Part shown: one piece after another, positions 1 to 12,830 of the stretch | How positions within the stretch are numbered: the stretch's first letter is position 1 | Layout: every line of letters starts with the position of its first letter | Assembly: GCA_964188305.1 (NCBI GenBank) | Contig: OZ076893.1 | Source: Podarcis bocagei | Lineage: Eukaryota | Direction: 5' to 3' (one strand) | DNA: 64,000 nucleotides | Program-made: the position numbers and the translations under genes | Notes under the pieces: model-generated | Database searches by the model: none | Told to the model about the DNA's origin: nothing | Seen by the model: only the letters and a program-made list of their open reading frames with translations

Positions 1-1251
1 TTTTTTTACAAGATAAAAAGCTATGCTTATGAATGGCTTTCTGCTGGGCAGAAAACATCTAGAACAAACTATTTAGATCAACCTGGCAATAGCAATATTA
101 TCACTCAGCTCATCACTTTTTCCCAGCCCTAAATGCAGTTTAAATTGTTCAGCCATCTGTACACAAATTATTTGTCCCTGTTGTACTTTAATGCATCCAG
201 ATTTCTCTTAAAGCGAAATTCCTAGCTAGCTAGTTTCCAACACATGTTTCTGCAGTGCCCTCCAGTGGACTCCAATGTGAACTACTTATCAAGTTGAATC
301 TAGTGCACATTTCTTATATTAGGGAGACAGACAAGGTACTATTTCCAGTAATCTACAAAGTGGCAGTTCACTATGGTGGCTATGTAACCAACCAGAAGAC
401 CTGTATTTTCTTACTAGGTGGGGGTAGAGCATTTCACAACATAGCTACACTTGTTGGGGGGGTGGGCCAAGGAAGCGACAGAGGGGTGGTAAAATAAAAA
501 CCTCACCTGACCAGAACATCACAGGCCTTGCTCACAATTACAGTGACCTCCATGTGAACATCTCATAAATCAGAGAAAGATAACCTGTTGTCTTATGAGT
601 GTTGTTGAGCTCTACAGTACCCCTCCCATCATCCCTAACCATTGGCCATGCTGGCTGCAGCTAATGGGAGTTGGAGTCCAGCAACATCTGGTGGGTTTCT
701 GGTTTCCCATCGCTGTCTTAAAAGCACCATTTTTGTGCAAGATTATGCTGGTGAAGTTGCATTTCATATCCTCCCCGCTCCTAGGGACTTGCATTTCTCT
801 TGTCTGACTCTGACAAATGGAACAGAATGAGAATGTAAATTAGGCTGTAGCACTTCAGATTTTGGGAGAGGAAATGACATCGCCCTAATGCTTCTCTATT
901 AAAATTAAAATCTCTCCAAGAATAGTGTCACAGTCCATTGCACTGTGTAGAGCAGGCCTGGGCAGAGCAATTTTTGAAAATTGTCTTGGGAAGTTTTTTT
1001 TGCCCTGGAAAGTTAGGTCCCATTTTATTTAAAGAAATGAAGTGTTCAGTGCAGGACTAGGTAGGGTCATGTCTGTTAAATTGATTGCTTGGACCAAAGA
1101 GCTTTGCAGTGAAAATCATCATGAATGTACTATTCCCCTCTCCCCAGTTACTCTGCATCAGTCCCCGGGTCTTGGCTCCTTCCCCTCTTTATAAAGAGTG
1201 CACTGTTAGTAGTTGTCTAATTGACACTTCTGTGTTCTTTTACCAATGTAG

Positions 1252-1504
1252 AATACAAACCGCGGTTTGTTCACACACGCCAGACTCGTTCCCTGTCTGT
1301 GGAATTCGAAGGGGAAATATATGATATAAACCTGGAGGAGGAAGAACTGCATATCCTCCAACCCAAAAGCATTGTTAAGCGGCATGGAGCTTACAGTGAA
1401 GAGGAGGAGGGCCAATCAGAAGATACTGCTGGTGGTGACAAAGCGATGTTAGCCGATGGAACCAACGCAGTCGGCCAGCCGGACTCTGTGCGAGTGACTC
1501 ATAA
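1252..1504 (+). CDS. SULF1: SULF1 internal coding exon (hydrophilic domain: [32 protein letters not shown]...VRVTHK)
   Basis: Translation matches the vertebrate Sulf-1 hydrophilic domain, including the furin-like RQTR|S site. Acceptor AG 1250-1251, donor GT 1505-1506. Confidence 0.97.
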
Positions 1505-1624
1505 GTAAGAATGCTTTTGCCACAGCTGACTACGGTGAAGTCAGAGGAGCCAAGTACATGAGCAGAGATACATTGGGATTGGTGGATGGATAAGGGAGAT
1601 AGTGGATTAAGGGTAGTGAGGCTA

Positions 1625-2118
1625 TGAGCGGATGCTAGACTGGTGACTGGGAGTGGCCACCGAGACCATATAACAACAGTCCTGAAAGACCTACATTGGC
1701 TCCCAGTACTTTTCCGAGCACAATTCAAAGTGTTGGTGCTGACCTTTAAAGCCCTAAACGGCCTCAGTCCAGTATACCTGAAGGAGCGTCTCCACCCCCA
1801 TTGTTCAGCCCAGACACTGAGGTCCAGCTCTGAGGGCCTTCTGGTGGTTCCCTTACTGCGATAAGTGAAGTTGCAGGGAACCAGGCAGAGGGCCTTCTTG
1901 GTAGTGGTGCCCGCCCTGTGAACGCCCTCCCATCAGATGTCAAGGAAATAAACAACTATCTGACTTTTAGAAGACATCTGAAGGCAGCCCTGTTTAGGGA
2001 AGTTTTTAATGTTTGATGTTTTATCGTGTTTTTAATATTTTGTTGGGAGCCACCCAGAGTGGCTGGGGAAACCCAGCTAGATGGGTAGGGTATAAATCAT
2101 CATCATTATCATTATTAT
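1625..2118 (+). mobile_element. L2-clade LINE 3' fragment
   Basis: Encodes HITTVLKDLHWLPV..RAQFKVLVLTFKALNGL.P.YL, the typical L2 ORF2 C-terminus, followed by a 3'UTR and an (ATC/ATT)n tail. Confidence 0.85.
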
Positions 2119-2164
2119 AAAGGTAAGGGCAAGGAAGTTGTGATTAATGTGGAAACTAGTCTGA

Positions 2165-2420
2165 TTATTATTTATTAAATCCCATACTACCCTTCATTCG
2201 AGGATCATTGGGGAGAGCATTCCTCAGACGCTGAGCCAACACAGAATAGGCCCATTCTCCAAACCTGTTGCCACCCTCCAAACCTCTCAAGGAGGGCAGG
2301 GAGATATAAACCTGCAGGAATAAAAAGGTCTTTAGTAACTGGCAAACAGCCAGGAAGGAAGGAGGGAGCCAGCTACACTTCACAGGGGAAGCTGTTCCAT
2401 AATGTGCCTGTAGCCATTGA
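2165..2420 (-). mobile_element. Degraded L2-like LINE 3' fragment, opposite orientation
   Basis: Similar to the L2 3' end (AYSVLAQRL.NALP; FRQLLKTFLF-like) with a TAATAA tail. Confidence 0.45.
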
Positions 2421-2636
2421 GGAGGATCCAACCAAGCTGTGTCCTTCCACCCTAGGGAGGAAGCAGAGCAAGTACTTGCCCACTTTGATTCTTACGAGAT
2501 GCTGGAACTACCGTAGTAAAAATAATTTATAGTGATTTCTTTACTCTGTGGATTCAGAGGATTTAGGCTGCATGTACCCAAGAGCTCTCTCCCCCAAACA
2601 TCACCCCTATTTTCTTTTATCCATTTTTCTACTTAA

Positions 2637-2738
<102 letters not shown>

Positions 2739-3609
2739 TGAAGTCATTTTCCTTTATTAACCACCTGTGCTGGTATCTTACCAAAACTCAAATCTCACAA
2801 AACGTACCGGTGGGTGAAGGATCACAATCAGAACTGGGTGATTAAGGTTCAAATCTCTGCTTGGCCATAAACATGGGGTGGCTGTGTTTGGATATAATGC
2901 TAAACCACAGTTTAGTGCTAAACCACAGTTTAGCATTACACGAATGAACCTTGCTTGTCTGAGATCTTACCCCCATGAGAAAACCAGAGGCAATTGCTTC
3001 TGTTTTCAAATAACCATGGTTAATGTGAACTTGGACAAACTGTGATTAGTCTCAACTATGGTTTTAAGGCAGAAATAGCTGGTGTGATGCCCTCCAGATG
3101 TTGGGTTACAACTCCCATCATCCCTGACCATTAGCCATGCTGGCTGGGACTCATGGGAGGAGTGAGCCAACAAATTATGGAAAGTAGTATGTTGACTCCC
3201 CCTGGTTTAGGGAAACAAGCCATCTTTAAACCATGGTACCTGATTCTGGCTCATGTCTCTAAACCACAGTTAAGATGAGCCACAGTTCTAGGTTTGCACA
3301 CAGCAGCAAGCTTTGTGACTCCTTCAGGGGATGGGGAGAGGAATGTGTGTGAGGCTGACTTGGGCACAGAAAACCAAACCCTAGTTCACTATATTTGAAT
3401 AATATCACTATGTGGACTTGAACAAATAATTATTTCTTGGTGTCAGTTCACCAAGTGGTAAAAAGCGGCTATCATTGTAGATGCAATGTGTGAGATTTTT
3501 CAAATGATGAATAGTAAAATAGTAATATGACCATTGGCAATAGTGTCTGAGTATTGAATGAAATAAGTATTGAATGAAATTCTTATTAAACCTGCAACTA
3601 ACTTTGCAG

Positions 3610-3704
3610 ATTGAGGCTCTCCAAGATAAAATTAAGAATTTAAGAGAAGTGAGAGGACATCTAAAAAGACGAAAACCTGAGGACTGTGACTGTAGCAAAA
3701 AAAG
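3610..3704 (+). CDS. SULF1: SULF1 coding exon ([31 protein letters not shown])
   Basis: ttgcag|ATT ... AAAAG|gtaagg; coiled-coil segment of the Sulf-1 hydrophilic domain. Confidence 0.96.
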
Positions 3705-4247
3705 GTAAGGGCATTTCTTTTTGTCATCTGCATAATTCCAGATGGAAAATCAATGTATATGGGGGAACAGATAATAACTCCCAAGGTTTGGTTTTCTGGT
3801 TAAAATGGGATAAAGCATAAAGACAGCAGTCATACATTTTGGCCAAACTTTAGGTATGGTATGTTTTCATCTGGTTCTGCTTGAAATGCTGCTGCTATGG
3901 AGTGCCACACAGAACAGTAATTTGCATTTCTAAAATAAATTTTAAATAAGTGATTAATGTGGAGTTTTTGAAGCAAAATTTTGGACTATATAATATCTGA
4001 GTATTTCGTTTGGTTAAGGTTAAGATTGATTGTTTCATGGCCTTTGGGTAAAGAATACACTGAAATCTTTTACATTATATGTAAAGATATAAAGAGTTTG
4101 AACATTTTTACCAACAGTTATATTTATCTAAAAGCTGGTGGGGTAATCTCTGTACAAATATTTAAGGAATGAAACTAATAGCCACACTTCCATTTTTAAG
4201 TGCTGGTTTTCAGCGAAGCCTCATTTTGTCATAATATTTCTTTACAG

Positions 4248-4316
4248 CTATTACAATAAAGAAAAGGGGGTTAAAGGTCAAGAAAAGCTTAAGACAAGTC
4301 ACCTTCATCCATTCAA
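4248..4316 (+). CDS. SULF1: SULF1 coding exon (SYYNKEKGVKGQEKLKTSHLHPFK)
   Basis: tttacag|C ... TTCAA|gtaagc; phase 2/2. Confidence 0.95.
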
Positions 4317-4784
4317 GTAAGCCCCTCTTTCTTTTTTTATTGATAAGAAGCTATGTATTATTGTTTGTTAATATTATTTATATTTGTGTACATCATTGGC
4401 TGTTTGGCTATAAGATTGCCCGTGCAAAGTCATTTTTAGCCATATGGTACAGATATGTAATTTCTTGACCATATAAACTCCCGCTTTGCACAGCCCTGAT
4501 ACAAATAACTCTGGTGTGTGCTATCTGCATGTAAATTAGTGCATGTAGCAAGAACATTTAAGCATTACTCTCTGCCATATGAGTCACAGCTCAGGGAAGA
4601 GGATTTCGGCAGCAAGCACAGGTGGGAGGTGACCTTTAAAATCAGTCCTGAAACAATCCATTTCTTCCCTCCAGCTGCTAAGCATGTTGATTTGCTTATA
4701 TGAGAACTCCAATCTATTGTAGGTGCTTGCTGAAAACTGTTAGGATTAAGCCTTGGTTTATGAAATATTCTTGGATCTGACTAG

Positions 4785-4957
4785 GGAAGCTGCCCAAGAG
4801 GTAGATGGTAAACTTCAGCTCTTCAAAGAGAACCGGAGGAGAAGGAAAGAAAGGAAAGGGAAAAAGCGCCAGAAAAAAGGAGACGAGTGCAGCCTTCCTG
4901 GACTCACTTGTTTTACGCATGATAACAACCATTGGCAGACTGCACCATTCTGGAACT
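4785..4957 (+). CDS. SULF1: SULF1 coding exon ([57 protein letters not shown])
   Basis: Basic cluster at the end of the hydrophilic domain plus conserved [17 protein letters not shown] 4783-4784, GT 4958-4959. Confidence 0.97.
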
Positions 4958-6715
4958 GTGAGAACCACTTTCATTTCTGGGGTTCGGGGGTCAGTGTGAT
5001 CTCTTGCAGCATTGTGAGATTTATAGATACTCTTGTGTTTTTTGGATTATTTATTTTAAATACAACTGGAATAGAATTTAAATTGTATTTAAAACTGGGT
5101 TTTAACGAGTTTAATATTTTAAAAGGGTTTTTTCCTTAAATTAATGCCAAAAATAGAAATTGGAATACAGGCACATTCAAATTTCTGATGAGGTTATGGG
5201 ACTACAGAGCATGCACAATAGTTGTTGTTATTATAGGATTCTGGTGTCCTGGAGATACCACTTTCTGTCTCATCTGAATCATTCATTGAGCCCACCTGGG
5301 TGATAGCTTACACCTCTTTTAAGTTGTTTACCTTACCTGCTTGCGTTCCATAATTTGACTTGTTCTCACATTATGATCCTGCCCAGTAGAATCGCTCCTG
5401 AATGGTTCTAGGTGTAGCCAGACCAATTCTCTGCTAACTTACTCAGAAGTCCCACTGAGGACAGTGGTGCTCGTTCCCAAATAATTGTGCATGGAATTGT
5501 ATCCGTAGTCTTCAAGTACGTGGTCTTCCCACACATGTATAGATAAAGAGAGAGCAATATTAAAAAAGAGAAGAAACACCAGGTTGGGGGTGTGGAGGAA
5601 GAAGAGAAGAGGCAAGTCTCCAACTGGTGAAGAATGGAAACCATATTCTTAAACTGAAAGCATAAAATTAAGTGTGCTTTGATCTAAAATCTTTCACAGG
5701 GGCAATAGATTATGGTGGCAATTTCCTCTAAAGAAAGCATTGCCTTTGAGGTTGTATATATTCAAGAGTAAGATTTTGGGCTGTATCCAGTGAAAAACAT
5801 CCTGTTAACACAAGACTTCCGCCTGCTCTGCAATGGGACTTCCTCTCTCCACACTTCACCATGTTCTGCCCCATCTCTCTTCTGGGGGAAAGGAATAGCA
5901 TAGGCATAGGTCCTTGCACTAAAGAGGTTGACTTCACTGGATACAATTTAATGTTTGTGTCGGTGTCAATGTTGCCTTCCCACCATCAACCGTAAACACG
6001 TGTATAACTGGGTTGTTCACTGTGTTACATACAGCCAACATTTCTTATTGTTAAAATAAGTTTTTTATTGGAGTGCTAGGATCACTTAAGCAATTGTTTA
6101 TTCCAGAATCCTGAATATTTATGAAAGAGGATATAATTCATGGAAATAAGTTTTTTTAATTACTTTAAATGTGGGATATTTTCTAACCGCAATTTTTTAT
6201 TCAGGGTTAAAAGATGTGATCCGATGAAACACTTTTTAGTCCCTTTGATTTTAATGGGAGATATTTAAGCATAGTGTTTCTCCCATTCTCCTTGAAACCA
6301 GTGGCTCTTAAGAAATGCTTAATGTGGATGGGGTCACCTGTAAACTGCAGAGACATTCTGTCTTCTTTTTTTCTTGCACAAAAAGCATTTTTTCAAACCT
6401 TGAACTTCAGAACTTATGGTTGTGTAATAGTTGTTGTTTTTTTGAAAGAAAATTGTGAAAATGAATTTAAAATTAATGGTCCTGAACCAGAGATCTTGTG
6501 TGCAGCGGCAGCAGTGCAAAGATGCTTCCTATGAAGCAGATGGTTGGTGCTGCAAAGTTTAAAAGTTAAGTGGGAGATGCTTGGAATCTGTGCCTCCCAC
6601 AGAGATGAGCAGTGCTGTCGGAATTACCATTGCCTACCCAGGGCACAGGAGGTGCTGAAATACAGCACTATATGTGTGCACTTCCAGGTGCTAGATGCAG
6701 TCATGTTTCCTAAAG

Positions 6716-7475
6716 CGTGTCCTCCCTAAAAGAGGGCACGTGTTGCGGTGAGACCAGGAGACTGACCTCCTGGTTGTGGGTGGGTATATTGGGACAGCCA
6801 CAACACCCGATTGGTAGGTCCCTTGTTGCTGGGTTTAATCTGGCCAATGGGAGCAGTCTAAACGGATTGAGGGACCTATATATACCTAAGCACCTGACCC
6901 TCTTTCAGCTCGTGCATCAGAACACCTGCCCACCTCTTCCTATTTAGGGCATTTTGCGATTGAGCTTGCTATGCCGTCGTGTGTTGTCTGTCGTTGGGAC
7001 AGGGGCACATCAGGAATTTTCCCCGCTTGGCTGGTTGGCTGTTGCCATTTGGGTTTCGCCTGCTGTGTAGCAAATCGTCACAACTTGTAAGCTTGCGGAT
7101 AGGGATGGGAGAACGGTCTCGTCATCCCTATGTGAAGGGTATTCCGTTAAAGGAATTGAGGGACTCAACTTGGTTTGGTCAACCCCCGAGAGGGGGTTGT
7201 GCCCATGCCTGAGTCCAGGGGAGCATCTGGGGAGTGAACATAGTCTGTTCCCGGGCTTTCCACCTACCTCAGGTGTTCACCCTTGGCTGACCTATGATAG
7301 AGCTCTGGGTCAGCGCTACCTGCAAGGGTGCAGGGAGCTAGTCGAACCAGTGAGCAACCACTCACTTTATGTAATCAATAAAGTTGTGGCCTAAATTCTG
7401 CCAAAAACCAAAACTAAAATTTGAGTCAAATGTGTGTTTATTTAGAGGGGAGGTCTCTGGGTCTGAACACGCAAA
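6716..7475 (+). mobile_element. LTR-like element (solo LTR, or terminal repeat of a DIRS/Ngaro-type element)
   Basis: CCAAT boxes (6810 reverse, 6844), TATATATA 6877-6884, AATAAA 7377-7382, TGTTGCG...CGCAA termini, CpG-richer than flanks; no clean TSD. Confidence 0.55.
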
Positions 7476-7820
7476 CCATTTTCCTTTAACGCATGAAAGA
7501 CTGCATCCAGAGAGATGGTATGCACCTTGCACTAGGCATAATTTTGTTGTTGGCATCCATCTGTCTCGGGAGACAATGGAGGAGTGCGCCTTTGGGGCTG
7601 AAGTCAAGCTGTTGGAAGGTTGCAGCACCTGCTGTGGCTGTAGAGACCAATACGGGAGCGATGTGTTTTGTTGCAGCTGGGGCAGATGAAGGCATCTGGT
7701 TGGGTTGCTTCAGGTGTACCATGGCGTTTTCTTCTCTCTCTGCTCCTCCCAGCAGTCATTCCTCCTCTGGTCACTGCTAATTGCCTTTCCTGGATTGAAT
7801 ATCTGCTTCCTTAACACTGA

Positions 7821-8069
<249 letters not shown>

Positions 8070-8194
8070 TAAAGGCCTTCAATTCTCAGCAAGCCTTTTA
8101 AGTGGAGATCCTTATCCCAGTTTCCATCTGTAGTGGATTAAAAAATCGTTTTTATTGTTAATTACTTTGGGATGTTTCATGGGAAAATGAAACT

Positions 8195-8287
8195 CTCCCA
8201 GCCCTATCTAGAGATGCTGGGGTTTGAATCTGGGACCTGCTGCGTGCAAAGTTGCATGCTTTTACCACTGAGCTATGGTGGTTCCCT
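8195..8287 (-). mobile_element. tRNA-derived SINE head remnant (related copies near 26450-26600, 41460-41650, 54260-54350, 56790-56960)
   Basis: Minus strand reads ATAGCTCAGTGGTAAAAGCATGC...GTCCCAGATTCAAACCCCAGCATCTC (pol III A and B boxes). Confidence 0.6.
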
Positions 8288-8402
8288 AAAGCTTGGCTTA
8301 CATGTAAGCGTATAGACTTCAGTCATTTGAGTATTGCACCCTTTGCAGTTGCAGACACTCATAACATTTCTTTCCCTCCTTTCCCCTCCCACCTGTGTCT
8401 AG

Positions 8403-8526
8403 CTGACAAATACAGTACACACTGTAGAAAGAGGCACCTTGAACCAGCTACACATACAGCTAATGGAGCTACGAAGTTGTCAAGGTTATAAGCAGTGCAA
8501 TCCAAGACCCAAGGGGCTTGACACAG
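8403..8526 (+). CDS. SULF1: SULF1 coding exon ([41 protein letters not shown])
   Basis: AG 8401-8402, GT 8527-8528; ends in phase 1 (ACA G|gtaata). Confidence 0.96.
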
Positions 8527-9469
8527 GTAATAACAAATTATGCTTAACTCTGGGTTGTTAATGTTGTTTCTGTCCCTGCACCCTTAATGACTACAAGGAA
8601 TGGTTAAAGTGGTCTGTGAAACACCTAGAGAAATAATGATTTTAAGCATAATCAGAATGGGGTATTTACAATATGTTTAGCCATTTAGACGTGATTTGCA
8701 GCTGAAGAATATATGACACCTCGCTGTACACAGATATTACAGGGAAACTGCATAATAATTACAAAAGCAGGCAGAGTTAATTGCATTATTTACCATGCTG
8801 CATGTATATATGATTTCTTCTTCTTGTAAGCCTGACATCTCCCCTGCCCCCTCAATGCAAGGAGTCAGCCTGGGAAATGTGAAGCAATAATGAAGAAGGC
8901 ATTGCCTTTGAACATTGCAAACTTACTCCCTCTTCTCTGAATAACTCCACTTGCCCTCCAAAACACATCTGGAAAGGTTTATTCTATGCAGCCTTGTGCT
9001 CAGATTCTTCTTTTCACTGTACCAATGAACTGCTCTATTAGGACATGAAGTTTTGAGTCCTTAAAGGGTGTGTGTGTGTTCATTTTATGCATCTTCTCCG
9101 TTGTCACTCAAAATATTAGTAGAAACCAATCTTACAGCCCTCTCTTCACCAGGTATTCCCTTGGGCCTGGAAGAAGGCCTGAGGTCACCATCTGCTTTTA
9201 TATCTACTTGTCCAATACTTATATTGGGTTGCCAATAGAACAAATGAGAATTTGTCCTGGGATTGAGCCCACCAAGGGGCATCAAACCCCACTGAGAAAG
9301 TACATAACTGTGTCCCCTGTGTTTAGCTCTCCATTTTCCCTGGAAAAATAAGGAATTTTACTACTCTTCTGTAATCTGAAGCCTGTAAAGTGATTAGGGG
9401 TTGTGAGCCGTGTTCCAGGGAAATCTTTCTCTAAAATTTTGCAAAAATAATAATAATTCCTGTTACCAA

Positions 9470-10508
9470 TATGCGGTTCCTCAGGGTTCAGTTTAATCCT
9501 CTATGCTGTTTAACATCTACATGAAACAGCTGAGTGCGGTTATCTGGAGTTTTGGAGTATGTTGTCAGCAATATCCCAATGACACACAGCTCTACTTCTC
9601 CTTTACATCTGCAGGTAAGGCCAGTGGATGTTCTGGACCGTTGTCTTGCCTCAGTAATGGACTGGGTGAGAGCCAACAAACTGAAGCTCAGTCTAGTTAC
9701 TAAGGCACTGTTAAGTGGGCAGTTTTCTAGGCTGGGTGGATAGGAGGTTGCCTGCTCTTGATGGGGTTACACTCCCTCTGAATGAGCAGGTATGTAGCTT
9801 GGGGGTACTCCTGGATCCTTTGCTGTCACTTTGAGGCCCAGGTGGCCTCAGTGGCGCAGAATGCCTTCCGTCAGCTCAGCTGTGCCCCTGTCTGGACAGG
9901 GACTGCTTCTGTTGTCTATGCACTGGTAACCTCTAGGTTAGGTTATCGCAACACATTATACTCAGGGCTGCCTCTGAAGACGGCTCAGACACTTCAGATG
10001 GTACAGAATTCAGCAGCTAGGTTGCTCACTGGGGCAAGACAGTTTGAACATATTGCACCAATCCTGACCTGACTGCACTGTCTGCCAGTTAGTTTCCAAA
10101 TGTTGGTTTTGAAGTATAAATCATTAAATGGCTCAGGATCACAATACCTCAAGGACTGCCTCTCTCCATATGAACCCACCCAGACTCTGCAATTATCACC
10201 TGAGATACTTCTTTGTGTACCTCAAGAGGTCTGGAGGATGGCAACGGGAGAATGGGTTTTTCTTTGGTGGCTTCCCATTTGTGGAATCCTCTCCCCAGGA
10301 AGACATGTTTCTCTATAACCAAGCCTTTGGCTGATTAACATTCTATGGCCTTTTAAAGGTGTTTGTGGGAGTGGGTTATAGCTTTGTTATTGTTTTATTA
10401 TGCATTTTGTGTTCTCATTTTGTATTTTTTGTTGTGAACCGCCCGTTTATCTTCAGAAGAATTGCGATATACAGATTTAATTAATAAAATAATAATAATA
10501 ATAATAAT
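9470..10508 (+). mobile_element. L2-clade LINE fragment (decayed reverse transcriptase C-terminus + tail)
   Basis: Frameshifted RT motifs VPQGSV, MLFNIYMK, YPNDTQLY (YADD-like), ALVTSRL.Y.N, HIAPIL..LH; (AAT)n tail ending 10508. Confidence 0.88.
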
Positions 10509-10649
10509 ATATGTAACATTTCCCTTTTCTTACGATTTTATCACTTTTTCTATTTTTTTATTTATTTAGTACACTCCCAGGTATCTTTGTTGGACTGTCG
10601 CTTTACCTAATTATAACACGATAAATTTCATTTTAGGAGGTAGATGCTG

Positions 10650-10873
10650 TGCATGGAAAGCTACATTATGAATGATTTTTACCAAATCTAAACACTAACA
10701 AAAGTTACTCTTGTATTTTCCTATATCAGGAAATAAAGATGGAGGAAGCTATGATCCACACAGGTATCCACACTTTATTATTCTCCTCAGCAGCTTCTTT
10801 CCAAATAATTGCATGACCTGGTCCATTTCGACTAATGCCTGTATCCCGCACATTGCATAGCTTTTGCTGCATG
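10650..10873 (+). promoter_or_regulatory. Cluster of RBFOX (TGCATG) and QKI/branch-point (ACTAAY) splicing motifs flanking the SULF1 microexon
   Basis: TGCATG at 10650, 10810 and 10868; ACTAAC at 10694; ACTAAT at 10831. Confidence 0.6.
10730..10763 (+). CDS. SULF1: SULF1 34-nt penultimate microexon (GNKDGGSYDPHR), frame-shifting cassette
   Basis: ctatatcag|GAAATAAAGATGGAGGAAGCTATGATCCACACAG|gtatcc; matches the Sulf-1 GNKDGGSYD motif; branch-point-like ACTAAC at 10694-10699. Confidence 0.93.
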
Positions 10874-12639
10874 CAAGCGCTAATGATGTTCTGCACCTGG
10901 CCACTGGTTTTCACATCTTCCACTTTACATTTAACTTTGCTCACACTGAGACTTCATGCGGCTCATTTTACATTAGTCCTGCTTTAGGAAATTCACTCAT
11001 CATCCTTGTACGGGGGGCTGGGGAGTGGAAGGCACGGCATAGTTCTCTGGAAGTACTGTATGTTGTTTCACGTGACAATAGCATCGCTCGTGTTCATTGA
11101 TGCACATGGGGGGGAATGAGACTGCACCCACTGGTCCCACAACACCTACATGTTTAGCAAACGTATGGAAGGCATTTCATGCATGTGCAGACATATCTGC
11201 AGAAGGCGTCTTCATGCAATTAGGAACCTTGGGACAAGGAGTCTCACCTATGCATAAGTGTCAGGCCCAGAGTCGGCATGGCCAGGCAAATGCTGGGGCC
11301 GCCAGAGATGGCAGCAGTTGCTGGCATCACTTTACACCACTAAGCAAATTGCATACAGCCACTCACCACTTCTGTCCCAAGAATACGGCACTTGAGTATA
11401 AAAATAAAAGGGAATCCCTCTCTGCTGCCTGGCACACTTACTTGGGGACAACCCCGGGGTGCTATGGCGGTCAGTGACCACCAGAATATTTCAAGGAGCC
11501 CTAGAGGACCCCTTGCCCAGGGCTTCTTCCAACCTGCCATCAGCCTTGTGCATGAATCCTGAACACATGGACACCAAGGGCACAGCCAGTGGGTGCAATC
11601 TTGCTCCATCTCAAGCCATTCGGTTTATACAAAGGGGAGTTCATTCAAATCTTTGGTCACTTTTTTTTTATCCATGCCATTCAAATCTTGATTGTTTATA
11701 ATGACTGAACTGGAAGTAGAAGAGAAAAAGCAAAGTGGGATTCAAAAGCGATGTTTATTGATCCAACAAGTTTTGGATATCATAGGGTAAGAAAAGAAGA
11801 AACAGCACATCTAAATGTTGGATCTTTGCTTCTCCAAATTTCCATGAAGATGGTATGGTCCAAATACATTGGATCAATATTTTATCTCTTTTGATTATGC
11901 CAGTTACTTTTTGCTTCTACTTGCCATTCTTTCTTGAGGTTCCCATTTCTGATGCATTTTTCAATGATGGAAGCATTTTTATTGTTGTTATAGGTTGGTC
12001 TTTTCAGAATGTTTCATTATAAATACGCTTATCTTCTTGCTATCGTCAGCAGCAATGAAGCTGATACGGCAATTAAAAATACTTCAGCTCTGCATGACAT
12101 ATCCCCTACAATTGCATAATTGTTGACTTTTAACTCCCCTTATGAATTGGTATTTTGTAAAGTTATGAGTATGTAGGTACTGGCTTTCAAGATTTGGACC
12201 TCCATCAGGATGTTCAGACACTTAGGGCATTTTCACAAGTGATACGAAAAATGTGTTCTTGCATTTCCTGAATCTGTAACCCAAGTGAAAAGTTGCATTG
12301 TCATGTATGTAGTCTGAAGGCACCTCATACTGTAGCATTGTTGAAGCCATGGAGATTTGGACATAATCAGAGCCTGGCTAGACGATCTATCGGATACTAT
12401 GTACTTGAGTGAATCTTCAGAGATGAGGAACCCTGAGAATACTCAAGACTGTTAGAAAAACTTCAGGAAGACATTGGGCCTTACTACATTTGTTTCGAAT
12501 CAGTAAACTTGAATAATTGTTTATTTACTTGGAGTGATCCACTTGTACAAGAATTTGTCTAAATTTCTACAGCTTAAATGCCACTCAGAGCATCAGAGTC
12601 GGAGGTTAAGAACCTGTGACCCTGCAGAAGTTGCTGGAA

Positions 12640-12830
12640 TACAACAAACCACTTTGTACCCCATTTTTCCTCTGGTAGTGTACATTGCCCCCCCCCCACT
12701 GACAACTCTGAGTTAGATTAGAGTGCAAGATAGTGACTGGCCCACAGTCATCCAATGAGCTGAGTGGGGGGGGGGGGTTGAACCTGGAACTCCCCAGCCC
12801 TGGTCTGACTCTTAACCATTACACCACATT
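12640..12830 (-). mobile_element. MIR/L2-type tRNA-SINE remnant (similar copy about 48000-48135)
   Basis: Minus strand reads TGTGGTGTAATGGTTAAGAGTCAGAC...GGTTCAAC (A/B boxes) plus a CORE-like body. Confidence 0.5.

Noticed and set aside
2880-3400. Recurrent AAACCAYRGTT palindromic motifs (also about 18200-18400, 44030-44460, 60820-61030) superficially like a spaced repeat array
   Set aside because: Irregular spacing and dispersed copies indicate decayed squamate MITEs, not a CRISPR-like or functional array; boundaries cannot be defined.
4958-5139. In-frame read-through beyond the SULF1 exon donor (ORF 4753-5139)
   Set aside because: Chance open frame in intron after a canonical GT donor; no Sulf similarity.
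8195-8287. tRNA-like sequences here and at other SINE heads
   Set aside because: Degenerate, no intact cloverleaf, continue into SINE bodies; not tRNA genes.
10635-10646. AG-GAG-GT pattern resembling a 3-nt microexon upstream of the 34-nt exon
   Set aside because: Donor gtagat is weak and the pyrimidine tract is short; no supporting evidence without RNA-seq.
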